NCBI GenBank assembly: GCA_016748015.1
Contig: JAAOMT010000708.1
Coordinates: 248,001-312,000 of the forward strand
Source of the DNA: Geosiphon pyriformis uo1
Lineage: Eukaryota > Fungi > Glomeromycota
Direction of reading: 5' to 3'
DNA: 64,000 bases
Under the pieces are notes generated by a model, which was given only the letters and a program-made list of their open reading frames with translations, did not search any database and was not told where the DNA came from. Below, in pieces: positions 25,201 to 36,268 of the stretch (its first letter is position 1; every line of letters begins with the position of its first letter). The position numbers and the translations under genes were made by a program.

Positions 25201-28200
25201 AAAGAACATACCTGAGAAACCACTATTGGTGCTTGGATTGATAACAACCAAAATGAGTTGCCACCTACACTAAGTTGGGAAGAAAAAGGAAAGAGAAAAG
25301 AAAGAGAAAACAACCTACCAAAGGATACTGAATCAACAAAAAACACCACTAGTGGCTGAACAAGTTTGTACTCTGTCCATGAGCCACTGCCACAACCACC
25401 ACACATACCACTCAAATACAAAGATTGTGAGAAGAAACTTTCTTTCATGGGAGCTTAGGTTGCACCAAATGAAAATCACTGGATGTGAACCCACTATTAT
25501 TGTAAGCCTTGCCATTGCAAACAGTATGGCTATCCAAAAAGACAGGGCAAGTAGGACAACAAACTATGTCTCACTTGTGGCAAACAGTTGCTCAACAAAG
25601 AAATATGAAATGACATTCCTGGTCGAGAAGAAACATGCAACACTTTATGCCAGTACATGATCCTCATCAATGACTGGGTGAGTCATGATACACCAATAAC
25701 TGCTGCTTGGCACTGAGCAATCTTTCACCTGGACAGATACTCACACGATGAAGACGAGATCTGGCAGATGGCGAACACCAAAGTAGAAAGTGTCATGCCC
25801 AGCAAAATCTTAGAAATTAAGAACAATCCTCCAGAACCAGTCAACATTATCCTAGTCTCCAACCCAGATGCTTTCTTCAACATTGAGACCAACCCAGAAG
25901 ACTTTCACGAACATTATCAAAATTTAGCACTGACCAGAAAGGAACAGGAAGAGTGGTTAGCACAGCTAAATACTTAATTATGTGACCACTGTTTGATCCT
26001 ATGTGACTTTAAATATTGTAATAAGTATGACTTCATTTACAATCCACCAATCTGCATGATTTACACAATCCCAGAGGAAGAAAAACCAATCAGCAGCTGC
26101 ACATCGGAATCAGAATCACTGTTTGATCTTGATTCAAACTCCAACAATGACAACAATGAAAACACCAGTTCCAGTTCCATTCAAATTAGTGATAACAATG
26201 ATGACGATTCCAACTCAGATTCAAACTCTGACCCAAAATATAAACAATACATTGTACTGCCAGACCTCTTCAAAGAACAGGAGTTGAAATGGTATAGTGA
26301 CAATAATGAAAGTATTATGTCAGAATGTGCACACAATAATAATGCTGAATTTGATCTGAGATATTCAGAAAAAGATGCCATCAAATTGGAACCACATTCA
26401 TGTATCTGCATTGATTTGAAAATAGCACTGGAAATTCTAGCAACAACAATAGTTCAACTAGCATCTAGAAATAGTTTAGCAAAAAGAGGAATTAATATAA
26501 GAGGAGGAATAATTGACACAAGATATGTAGGAAATATCATCACTATACTACAAAATAACTCAGAAGAGGCCTATATAATAAAGCCCAATGAAAAAATAGC
26601 ACAGGCAATATTTCTGCCTCTGGTTAGAGTAGCTCAGTTAGTATCAGTAGGAAAGAGAGAGAAATTAGGAATAACAGCGAGAGGAATACAGAGATTTGGA
26701 TCAACAGGTAGAGTAGATGTACCAGTCAATATGGCAGAAGAAGAAATTGTTTACCAAGGGAAAATTATCTCAATGAGTCAAACAATTTCCATTCCACCAT
26801 ATGGCCAGTACTTGATAAGGATAAAGTGTGAGGTAAAAAAACAGAATCAAATTTTTGAAGCAGAACCAACCCTTTGTGAATCAGGAGAGATTGGACTCAT
26901 CAATCTCCATATACCAATCAAAGATTACAGTCACATCAAAATACCCATCTACAATAATACAGGAAATGTCATAGTAATACCAGCTGGAACCACTATTGGA
27001 TACTTAAGCACTAAAATAGAGGATCAACCACTAAGCATCATTCTGGACTTTCCACAGCTTTGTGGATATGTTGATATCACATCACAAACAATATATGGAT
27101 GAAGTGAATATTATTTGTTCTAACCAGAACAATTGGAACAAATGAACATGGGAAACTTAGATCCACTCCAATGTATGCAACTTAAGATGTTGCTCAACAA
27201 TTTCAATGCCATTTTTGCCAGTGAAAACAAGTTTGGCCAAACTGACATCATCCAGCATCAGATCAAGACTGAAGATGCAATGCCAATTAAACAAAGAGCA
27301 TACAGAGTACTACCAGCTAGCCATGAGATTATCTGTCAAGAGATAAACCAAATGCTTGATAACAGGCTAATTCAGCTATCAATAAGTCCATGGTCATCAC
27401 CAGTAGTACTCATTCAAAAAAAGAATGAGAAAATCTGTTTTTGTGTGAATTATAGAAAACTCAATAAAATAACTTGTAAAGATAGCTACTCCACTTTACG
27501 GATCCAAGAATTATTTGACACTTTCAGTGAAAACAAATGGTTTTTAACATTAGATCTGAACAGTGGTTACTGGCAAATAGCCATAAATTCAGCCAACAAA
27601 AAAAAGACAGCATTCACCACCAAAGAAGAGAATTTTGAATTTGAAGTAATGCCATTTGGCTTAACCAATGCACCAGCCACTTTCCAACAGCTAATGGAAA
27701 TTGTTTATACTGGCTTATTGTGGAAATCAGTAGTTGTATACTTGAACAACACCAATGTATTCTCAAAAACATTTGATGATTATTTTCATTATCTTCAACA
27801 AGTGTTCGAAAGACTAAGAAAAGCAGGACTAAAGTTAAATGCAACAAAGTGTTTTTTCAGCAAGACAGAACTAAAATTCTTGGAACACATAATCAGCAAA
27901 GACGGCATCAAAATGGATCCAGAGAAAATAGAGATAGTAAAAAACTTTTCAGTGCTGACCAATATGACAGAACTGAAATCATTCTTGGGATTCACCAGCT
28001 ACTATCAACATTTCATCAAGAACTTTTCCAAGATAGTGCAGCCACTCAACCAACTACAAACCAAGAATACAAAATATGAATGAACAGAAAATCAACAAGA
28101 AGCTTTTAATATTCTGAAAAGAAAGCTCATTCAAGCTCTAGTACTGATCTATTCAGATCACAGCAAACCATTCATCATTACCATTGATGCATCTGGCCAA

Positions 28201-29988
28201 GCATTGGGAGTGGTACTATCTTAGAAAGGACCAGATAGCAGAGAACATCCAGTAGCATATGCCAGCAGAGGTTTAACACCAGCCAAAAAGAACTATGGAA
28301 TACCAGAATAAGAACACTTAGCGATATACTAGACAGTCATAAAATGGAAAGAATACTTGAGCCAGAAGTTTGAAGTATACACAGATCACAAAGGATTAAC
28401 ATCACTTTAAAAACAAGAATTTGGAGATAGAAGACAGTCAAGATAGAAAATGGCACTTATATCATATAATTATACTATACATTATAAAAAGGGAAAAGAC
28501 AATGGAAATGCTAACAGTTTGTCACAAATGAGACAAATCTAAGAACATTTCAACCCAAAAATATAACAAAACCAGAACAATACCAATGAAAAATATAACA
28601 AAAAATAAACATACAAAAAATATCAACAACTGCAACATTATATAAACACTCAACAGTTCAAGGAGAATTTATCTCAAATGGAATAAAAGAGTATCAAACA
28701 ACAATCAAAATATTTTATCACTCACCAAAATATACTTTATCAGAAAAATAGAAAAGATCTAGAGCAACCAACCAGAGTAATTACAGAGCCAGAAAAAGAA
28801 ACAATATTATTTAACATGTACTCAAATCCAACAGCAGAACACTTTCACAAAGAAGCAACTATGGAAAAAACCAAAAAAAAATATTATTGGCCATCAATGT
28901 ATCCAGACATCATCTAATATGTTCAAAATTGTGATGCTTATCAGTAAAGAAGAGGTACGAAACCCAGTGAATCATTAAGACCAATCAAAGTGGGACAATT
29001 ATTTGACCGTATTGAAATTGATTTAGTCAGACTATTAACAATTACCAGTGGAGAAAACAGATACATAGCAGTAGCCATGGACTATCTTACTAAATGGCCA
29101 GAGGCAAAAGCAATTCAAAAAGTGGATGCAGAATCTATTGCCAAATTTGTTCATCAAGATTTAATTTGTCAACATGAATGTCCAAAAGAATTATTATCAG
29201 ACCAAGAAACTCATTTTGTGAACAGAACATTAACAGAATTGAGCCAAAGATTCGGAATTAAGAGACCACTATCATTACCATACTATCCACAAACCAACAA
29301 ATTAGTTGAAAGATTCAACAGAACATTGTGTAAAGCAATAGCTAAGCTCAACCAAGAAAACCAGAATGATTGGGATTTGTTGATACTATCAGTACTATTT
29401 GCTTATCAGACAATAAAACAAGATACTACACAAGCAACACCATTTGAATTAGTATATAGTAGAACAGCAACACTACCAGTAGAAATAGAAGTCAGCACAT
29501 ACCTAACCGAACCAATAACGGAAGAGAATTTCAAAAACACATTGTTAAGAAGAACATATAACTTAATGGAAACATTAGAAAACAAACGATAAAGAGCAGC
29601 TGATAATATACAAAAGTTACAAGAGAAACAAAAAAAAAGACATGATAACCAACTACCAGATAAACCAGTTAAATTCAAGATTAGAGACAAAGTACTACTA
29701 TATTGTACCAAAGTGGAAAAACAATAGAGTAGAAAATTTGACCCCAAATGGGACGGACCATTTTACATAGAAGAAATTCTAAGAAATAGAACTTACAAAT
29801 TAAGATTGAATAACAAAATCTTGACCAAAGCAGCATATGGAGATTGACTAAAACCATATCACCATATAGCATCATCATCTACCAGTAATATTCCACAATT
29901 AGGAGTACAGAGAATACTAGTCCAACCAGATAAGATTCCACAAGATCTGAAACCAATTATTATTATTGACAACAACATGTCCAATTGA
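22280..29988 (+). pseudogene. Gypsy B single-ORF gag-pol: Gag extension, CA (from 23266), CCHC (24004-24045), PR (LDSG ~24724), Cys-rich domain, dUTPase (26326-26709), RT, RNase H, integrase with GPF motif
   Basis: CHNCGKQGHIGANC; ILDSGSAGSII; dUTPase motifs (FDL, ASRNSL, GIIDTRYVGNI, KIAQAIF, RGIQRFGSTG); RT MPFGLTNAPATFQ / YLNN; IN IDLV, DYLTKWPEA, PQTNKLVERFNRTL; KWDGPFYI. Most ORF pieces share one frame. Confidence 0.94.
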
Positions 29989-30011
29989 TTGACAAAAGAA
30001 TATATAAGAAC

Positions 30012-30659
30012 ATGATTGACGCAACAGAAGAAATCAGAAAAATAGAAATTACGGACAATATTTATTCACTAGCCCAACAAATTTTTCAATTAATTCAACA
30101 CCAAGAAATAGAAATTACAATTAATTAACAAATCATTTGTTACAAAAAATACCACAAAACAAAGCACAAAAAAGACTTGAAAATGTTGTTGACAAGATCA
30201 TGACCAAGATAAAATTGACCATAAAAGAACAACAAATAGTCGGATTACACCAAAAACTTACCAGAGAAACTTGGACTTGGTGGATGCAACAATTTCCAAA
30301 AAACTATTGTCATTTCCACTTGGAACAACATGTAAATATCCAGAATTTATACACTGACAAAACAAAATGGTTATTCAACACAACAATACTGAGACAACTG
30401 GAACAATTTGTGGGAAAAAACAATCTAACCACACAAGCTCAAGCCATTTACCAGCTATATATGGAATTTCAAGACTAACCAGAATCTTACTCAACACAGC
30501 AATGGATACAGTTATGAGTAATCAATTGGGAAAAATGACCAACACCCAATTTGAAGAACTACAAACTAAATAACACAAATAATACTCAAAAAAGAAGTTC
30601 AAGAAATAATTCAAGAAGGGAAATTAAAGGAATTAGATTTCAATGAAGCTCAATATTAA
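30012..30659 (+). pseudogene. ORF3 of Gypsy B (unknown ~215-aa protein between IN and PPT)
   Basis: MIDATEEIRKIEITDNIYSLAQQIFQLIQ...TWTWWMQQFPKNY...FVGKNNLTTQAQAIYQLY...; homologous to A 33110-33777 and F ~41050-41760. Confidence 0.75.
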
Positions 30660-30672
30660 AAGAAGAGAATAA

Positions 30673-31597
30673 TGTTACTCATAGAATATAGGAAATATAG
30701 TATTATTAGTCAGTAGATATTAGCCAATCAGATGTAGATGTAATAAATATGAAATTTCAAGATTTCTCTCAAAGGAATTACAGGATTCTAGGAATTTCAG
30801 GATTCTCCAACAAGGAATCGCAGGATTTCAGAATTTCAGGATTCCTCTCATCAGGAATTGCAGGATTCCAGGAATTCCAAGATTTCTGTTACAAAGAATT
30901 GAGGAATTAAGGAATCTCAAATATATATATATAGCAGTAGCATTAGAAACAGAAAAGACAGAATTGACACTAGGAATTCTTAGCTTAGTTATCACAATCC
31001 TCAAATAAATAATTATTCACTATATCAAATTCATTCTTTACTATCAACCCTTCATGTTGATAATAACTGATACTTAACCATACTGGAACAATAGCTCTTG
31101 ATCATGGCTATTGACAGGATACTAACTTGCAAATCGCTTTGGCTTATTTCTTATTTTTTCTTTTATCTTTCTTTATTTTTTGGTTGTCTACTAACTTGAT
31201 TAAAAGATTTACTTTTGGAGGACTTACAGAGGAATAAAACTTACTTAAAAATACTTACTCTTGAAGGACTTATGGAGGAATAAACTTGCTTAAACAATAC
31301 TTACTCTTGGAGGACTTACAGAGGAACTGATGTCAAGAAACAGTACTAGTATACACTTACAGAGGATATCGTACTATGAGGATCATCAACCATCCAGCTG
31401 AGCTAGCAATTGACAAAACTACAGTTTCAGGAAACTACTAATAAACTGTTATCATTGAATCTCTGTCCATTATACAAAGAACTTGATTGGAAAACCTTCA
31501 GATAAAATACCTTCAGATTATTATTGTCACCAATCACTTTGCACACCAAGTTACAGATTTGTTATTCACTCAACATCCCAAAGATTCACCTGTAACA
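30673..31597 (+). repeat. 3' LTR of B
   Basis: Preceded by PPT aaaagaagagaataa; ends TGTAACA followed by the TSD. Confidence 0.93.
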
Positions 31598-31601
31598 ACA
31601 G

Positions 31602-33078
31602 TACATTATAAAAAAGGAAAAGACAATGGAAATATCAATGAATTGTCGTGAATGAGACAAATCTAAAAACATTTCAACCCAAAAATATAGAAAAAAAAAA
31701 GATGAATATACAAAAATACCAACAACTCCAACATTATATAAATACTCACTTGTTTAAGGAGAAATTATCTCAAAAAAAACAAAACAACATAAAACAGCAA
31801 TCAAAATATTTTATCAATCATCAAAATATACTTTACTGGAAAAACAAAAGAAACTCAGACCAGCCAACCAGAGTAATTACAGAACCAAAAAAAGAAACAA
31901 TATTGTTCAACATGCACTCAAATCCAACAGCAGGACATTTTCATAAAGAAACAACCATAGAAAGAACCAGAAAGAAATATTATTGGCCATTTATATATCC
32001 AGACATTATCTAATATGTTCAAAATTGTGATGCTTGTCAAAGAAGAAATGGAACAAAACCCAGTAAACCATTGAGACCAATCAAAGTGGGACAATTATTT
32101 AACCACATTAGAATTGATTTAGTCAAACCATTAACAATTACCAGCAGAGGCAACAGATATATTGCAGTAGCCATGGATTATCTTACAAAATGGCCAGAAG
32201 CAAAAGCCATTCAAAGAGCAGATGCAGAATCCGTTGCCGAATTTGTCCACTAAGATTTAATCTGTCAACATAAATGTTCAAAAAAATTATTATCTGATCA
32301 AGAAACTCACTTTGTGAACAGAACATTAACAGAATTAAGTTAAAGATTTGGAATCAAAAGACCATTATTATCACCATACCATTCACAAACAAATGGGTTA
32401 GTTGAAAGGTTTAACAGAATATTGTGTGAAACAATTATCCAGATCAGTCAAAAAAACCAGAACAAATGGAATTTGTTCATATCATCAGTACTATTTGCTT
32501 ATCAGACAATAAAGCAAGATACTACACAAACAACACCATTTGAATTGATATACAGTAGAACAGCAACATTATCAGTTGAGATAGAAGTCAACACTTATCC
32601 AACAGAACCAATAACTGAAGACAATTTTCAGAAAATATTGCTAAAAAGAACATATGACTTAATGGAAACACTAGAAAACAAATGACGAAAAGCAGCTGAT
32701 AACATTCAAAAGTCACAAGAAAAACAAAAAGAAAAACATGATAACCAACTATCAGACAAACCAGTTGAATTCAAGATTGGAGACAAAGTACTTTTACATT
32801 ATATCAAAGTGGAAAAACAATAGAGTAGAAAATTTGATCCCAAATGGAACAGACCATTTTACATAGAAAAAATTCTTGGAAATAGAGCTTATAAACTAAG
32901 ATAGAACAACAAAATCTTAGCCAAAGCAGCACATAGTAATCGACTGAAACCATATCACCATATAGTGACATCATCTACCAGTAACATTCCACAATTAGAA
33001 GTACAGAGAATACTAGTCCAACCAGATGAGATTCCACAAAATCTGGAACCAATCATAATTATTAGACCAAACACATAA
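31602..33078 (+). pseudogene. Gypsy A pol, 3' part (RNase H end, integrase HHCC/core/GPF)
   Basis: MHSNPTAGHF...YYWP...CDACQ; IDLVKPL; DYLTKWPEAKA; GLVERFNR. Confidence 0.92.
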
Positions 33079-33109
33079 AATTAATAATAGTAAAAAAGTA
33101 TATAAAGAC

Positions 33110-33777
33110 ATGGTAGATGTGACAAAAGACATCAGAAAAATGGAAATTACTGACAACATTTACTCACTAGCACAACAACTCTTTTAATTAATCCAATAAC
33201 AAGAAATAAAAATCACAATCAATTGACAAACTATCAAATACACAAACACTAGAAAAAAACTACAAGATAAAGTATAGAGAAAAACAGAAAACACTGTTGA
33301 CAAAATAATGGCAAAAGTGAAACTGACAATAGAAACACAACCCAAAATCTCCCAATATTAAGAGTTGACTATAAAAACCTGGAATTGGTGGATACAACAA
33401 TTTCCAAGAAATTTTTGTTACTTTTACTTGGAACAACACGTAAATATTTAGAATCTATATATGGATAAGACAAAATGATTATTTGACATGACAATACTAC
33501 AACAACTGAAACAATTTGTGGGAAAAAACAATTTAACCACACAAGCAAGAGCCATTTATTGGCTATATACTGGATTTCAAGATTGACTAGAAATCTTGCT
33601 CAACACTGAAATGGACACTGTTACTGTCAACTAAATGAGAAAAATAACCAACATTCAATTTGAAGAATTACAAAACAAAATAACACAAGTAATTCTCGAA
33701 AAAAAGTTCAAGAAATACTCAAAGATAGAGAAATAGAGTTAAGAGATTTAGGAAATCTCGACAGAGCTCAATATTAA
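33110..33777 (+). pseudogene. ORF3 of Gypsy A
   Basis: MVDVTKDIRKMEITDNIYSLAQQLF...TWNWWIQQFPRNF...FVGKNNLTTQARAIY...DLGNLDRAQY*; stop abuts the PPT. Confidence 0.75.
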
Positions 33778-33790
33778 AAGGAGAGAATAA

Positions 33791-34657
33791 TGTTATTTAT
33801 AAAATATAAGAAAGATATTAGTATATAGATTAACCAATCAGAAGTAGCCATAGTAAATGTGAAATTCCAGGATTCCTCTTAAGAGGAATTACAGAATTCC
33901 AGGAATTTCAGAATTCTTGTACAAGAAATTGCAGGATTTCAGAATTCCAGGATTCTTCTTAAAAAAAATTGCAGGATTTTAGGAATTCCAGGATTTCTGG
34001 CATAAAGAATCAAGAAATTGAAGAATCTCAATTATGTATATATAGTGGTAGTGTTAAAAGTAAAAAAGACAGATCTCTCAGTTTAGATTTAATCTAAGCA
34101 ACCTTCTATATTTGCAAATATTAATAAATAATTATTTAATATTCTAATATTCACTCTCCACTATCAACACTTCATGTTAATAGTCATTAACACTTAACCA
34201 CACTGGAACAATAGCTCTTGATCATGGTTATTGACAGAATACTAACTTGTGTATTGCCTTGGCTTATTTTTTTATTTCTTTTATTTTTCTTTTATTTTCT
34301 TTGATTTTATTGTTGTATACTAATTGATTAGGAATTAAAGTGCTGAGTTATTGATGTCACAAATAGTCTGGTAAAAGACCCAAAAATAAAGATAGAATCA
34401 TATATATATTAATAGATGGCTTATCAGAAGGACATGACTGTCAGAATAAACCAGCCATTACGCTGAAGACAAAAATTGGGAAACCAACTTACCAACCAAC
34501 TATATTGTCATTAAATCTCTGTCTATTATACAAAGAACTCAACTCTAAAATCTTCAGATACAACTATGTACCAGTATTATTAGCATCAGCAAAATATTGA
34601 GCACCAAGTTATAGATTTGTTATTTGATTTGAGACTCCAAATAATTATCCTGTAACA
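33791..34657 (+). repeat. 3' LTR of A
   Basis: Direct repeat of 14307-15113, after PPT aaaaggagagaataa. Confidence 0.92.
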
Positions 34658-34661
34658 ACAT

Positions 34662-35735
34662 AAGATTATCAGTGAATATGATCTAAATGATGTTTACAAT
34701 GCTGATAAAACAGCATTATTCTTTAGAATGCCACCAAATGCAACTTTGGCAACAAGATCTACCTCTGGCACCAAGTGTGATAAGAGTCAAATTACTATAC
34801 TTTTTATTTGTAATGCAATAGGCAGCATCAAGTTGCAGTCTTTAATTATCGGCAAAACTGCAAAGCCATGATGTTTTCGCAATATTAATATGAATACACT
34901 TCCAATCACTTATTGTTACAATACAAAAGCATGGATGCGAACCAATATTTTTAGTGAATGGCTTAATTTATTAAATAAAGAAATGCATCATAAGAAAAAA
35001 AAGATTTTGCTATTACTTAATAATGCTAGTTCTCATGGTAGAGAATTTTCCGTATTATCTAATATTATAATTAAATATCTATCATCAAATACAACATCCC
35101 ATTTGCAACTATTAGATGCAGAAATTATTGTATTTTTTAAGGCACAATACTGAAAGTTGTTTCTTTTCCATCTTATTAATCAGTATGATGACAAGATTCT
35201 AATATCAACAATAATATTAAAGGATGCAGTTGACTTTCTAATTGATGCATGGTCAGCAGTAATAACAACTACAATCCAAAACTGTTGGCATCATATGGGA
35301 ATTCTGAATAATAGTCAAATACTAGCCCATTCATTAGATATTAAACAAGAACTTCTACAAGAAGTACAAGTTTTTATTAAGCATGTTGATATTAATAAGC
35401 TATTGGCAATAGACTTTATTAATATTGACAAGTTTGAATCATTATTTACTTATGTCTCAAAGGATGAAATTGTGAATCTTATTAACAACAAGTATAGTGA
35501 AAATTCTAATGCAAATAAAGATTTAGAAAGTAAAAATGAAGATGAATCTTTGTCTTTGTTATCTATACATCAAAGTAAAATTGCACTTGAAGATACATTG
35601 CACTATTGTAAAAAGCAGTATAGTAAAAAAGTTGATTCAGACTTTTTTAAAACTTTGAGAACATTAATTTATAATACTGTTCTCAAAGTTCAAAAAGAGA
35701 AAAAACAGTTGCAAATAAATAGCTTTTTTAAATAA
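34662..35735 (+). pseudogene. pogo/Tigger transposase, DDE_1 catalytic and C-terminal part
   Basis: KIISEYDLNDVYNADKTALFFRMPP (NADET motif); KAWMRTNIFSEWL; LLLLNNASSH; NTTSHLQLLDAEII; TIQNCWHHMGIL; ends KKQLQINSFFK. Confidence 0.9.
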
Positions 35736-35987
35736 AATATATATAATTGGTTATTATATTATGCATGTAATATATAGATCATGTAATAAGATATTAATTA
35801 TTTTTTATAGTTCTATCTCTCTATAGTTACCACAAATGTGCTAACCAAAAAGTGTAATTATAAAGAGAATTTACTGTATGTCATAATTTTCTAATATTGT
35901 GCTCACTTATTAAGTTCTATTCTCCTATTGATCTATTTTTCTATTTGTTTTTCCTATTTTTTTTCTTGTACTTTTTTATAAGTAACA

Positions 35988-36268
35988 ATAATATTGTTAG
36001 TTGTGATTTAAATCTTTTGAAAAAATTGCTGTAGGTTTCTAATAGTTTGGCTTCTTTTTGATTATTTTGGAATGTATTCTGAATAATAGTGTTTTTATTA
36101 TTAATAATAATATAAATCCAGATAATATGTAAATAATACTTTTTGGTATATGATAATATAATGGATAAATGGATAAAACAACTCTTAGTTTTTTTTAAGT
36201 AAATAGTTGTATTTTTCTTGGTGTTTCTGTTAAAGTTTGTAATTTTTTTTTATTTTTATGAATAATAA
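35988..36268 (-). mobile_element. Continuation of element D (gag N-terminal extension), truncated
   Basis: Minus strand reads KLQTLTETPRKIQ...KEAKLLETYSNFFKRFKSQ, contiguous with 7790 across the ATAA TSD. Confidence 0.75.

Larger units (their letters stand above)
21301..31597 (+). mobile_element. Full-length Ty3/Gypsy LTR retrotransposon B (innermost, youngest layer of the A/B nest), perfect TSD ACAG
   Basis: LTRs 21301-22217 and 30673-31597; ACAG at 21297-21300 and 31598-31601; PBS 22220-22236; PPT 30658-30672. Removing B restores A's RNase H (FNYTVHYKKGKDNGN). Confidence 0.96.
14307..34657 (+). mobile_element. Full-length Ty3/Gypsy LTR retrotransposon A (decayed), TSD GCAT/ACAT, interrupted by B
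   Basis: LTRs 14307-15113 and 33791-34657 (TG...CA); PBS 15116-15132; PPT 33776-33790; gag-pol 15176-21300 + 31602-33078 in PR-dUT-RT-RH-IN order; TSD 14303-14306 / 34658-34661. Confidence 0.95.
11273..35876 (+). mobile_element. pogo/Tigger-type (Tc1/mariner superfamily) DNA transposon, ~4.25 kb excluding nested Gypsy A/B, with ~2.3 kb cargo
   Basis: TA TSD at both ends. Left TIR (t)agtgaactctctctatagtc vs reverse complement of right end cagtaaattctctttataatt (transition differences only). Subterminal tctc..tatagt repeats at ~11282, 11365, 11395, 11450 and ~35816. CENP-B/DDE_1 transposase inside. Confidence 0.9.
7791..35987 (-). mobile_element. Non-autonomous LTR retrotransposon E (own length ~3.6 kb), TSD ATAA; its 5' LTR is split by the pogo element
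   Basis: 3' LTR 7791-8661 plus decayed PPT; interior 8662-10507 is a mosaic of gag NC, PR remnant, Asn-rich/dUTPase start and ORF3 tail; PBS 10489-10505; 5' LTR = 10508-11272 + 35877-35987; ATAA at 7787-7790 and 35988-35991. Confidence 0.88.

Noticed and set aside
19956-28083. Alternative genetic code or stop readthrough explaining the many in-frame stops
   Set aside because: Stops differ between copies A and B and map to CAA/CAG/CGA/TGG transitions; the host gene reads in the standard code.
2480-29878. Many short ORFs antisense to or overlapping gag-pol (e.g. 2480, 17342, 19025, 23852, 24474, 26181, 27795, 29406)
   Set aside because: Shadows of the real retroelement frame or of low-complexity repeats.
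30010-30015. AUGA stop-restart coupling of pol and ORF3 in B
   Set aside because: Requires reverting an upstream TGA (29986) and is not present in copy A.
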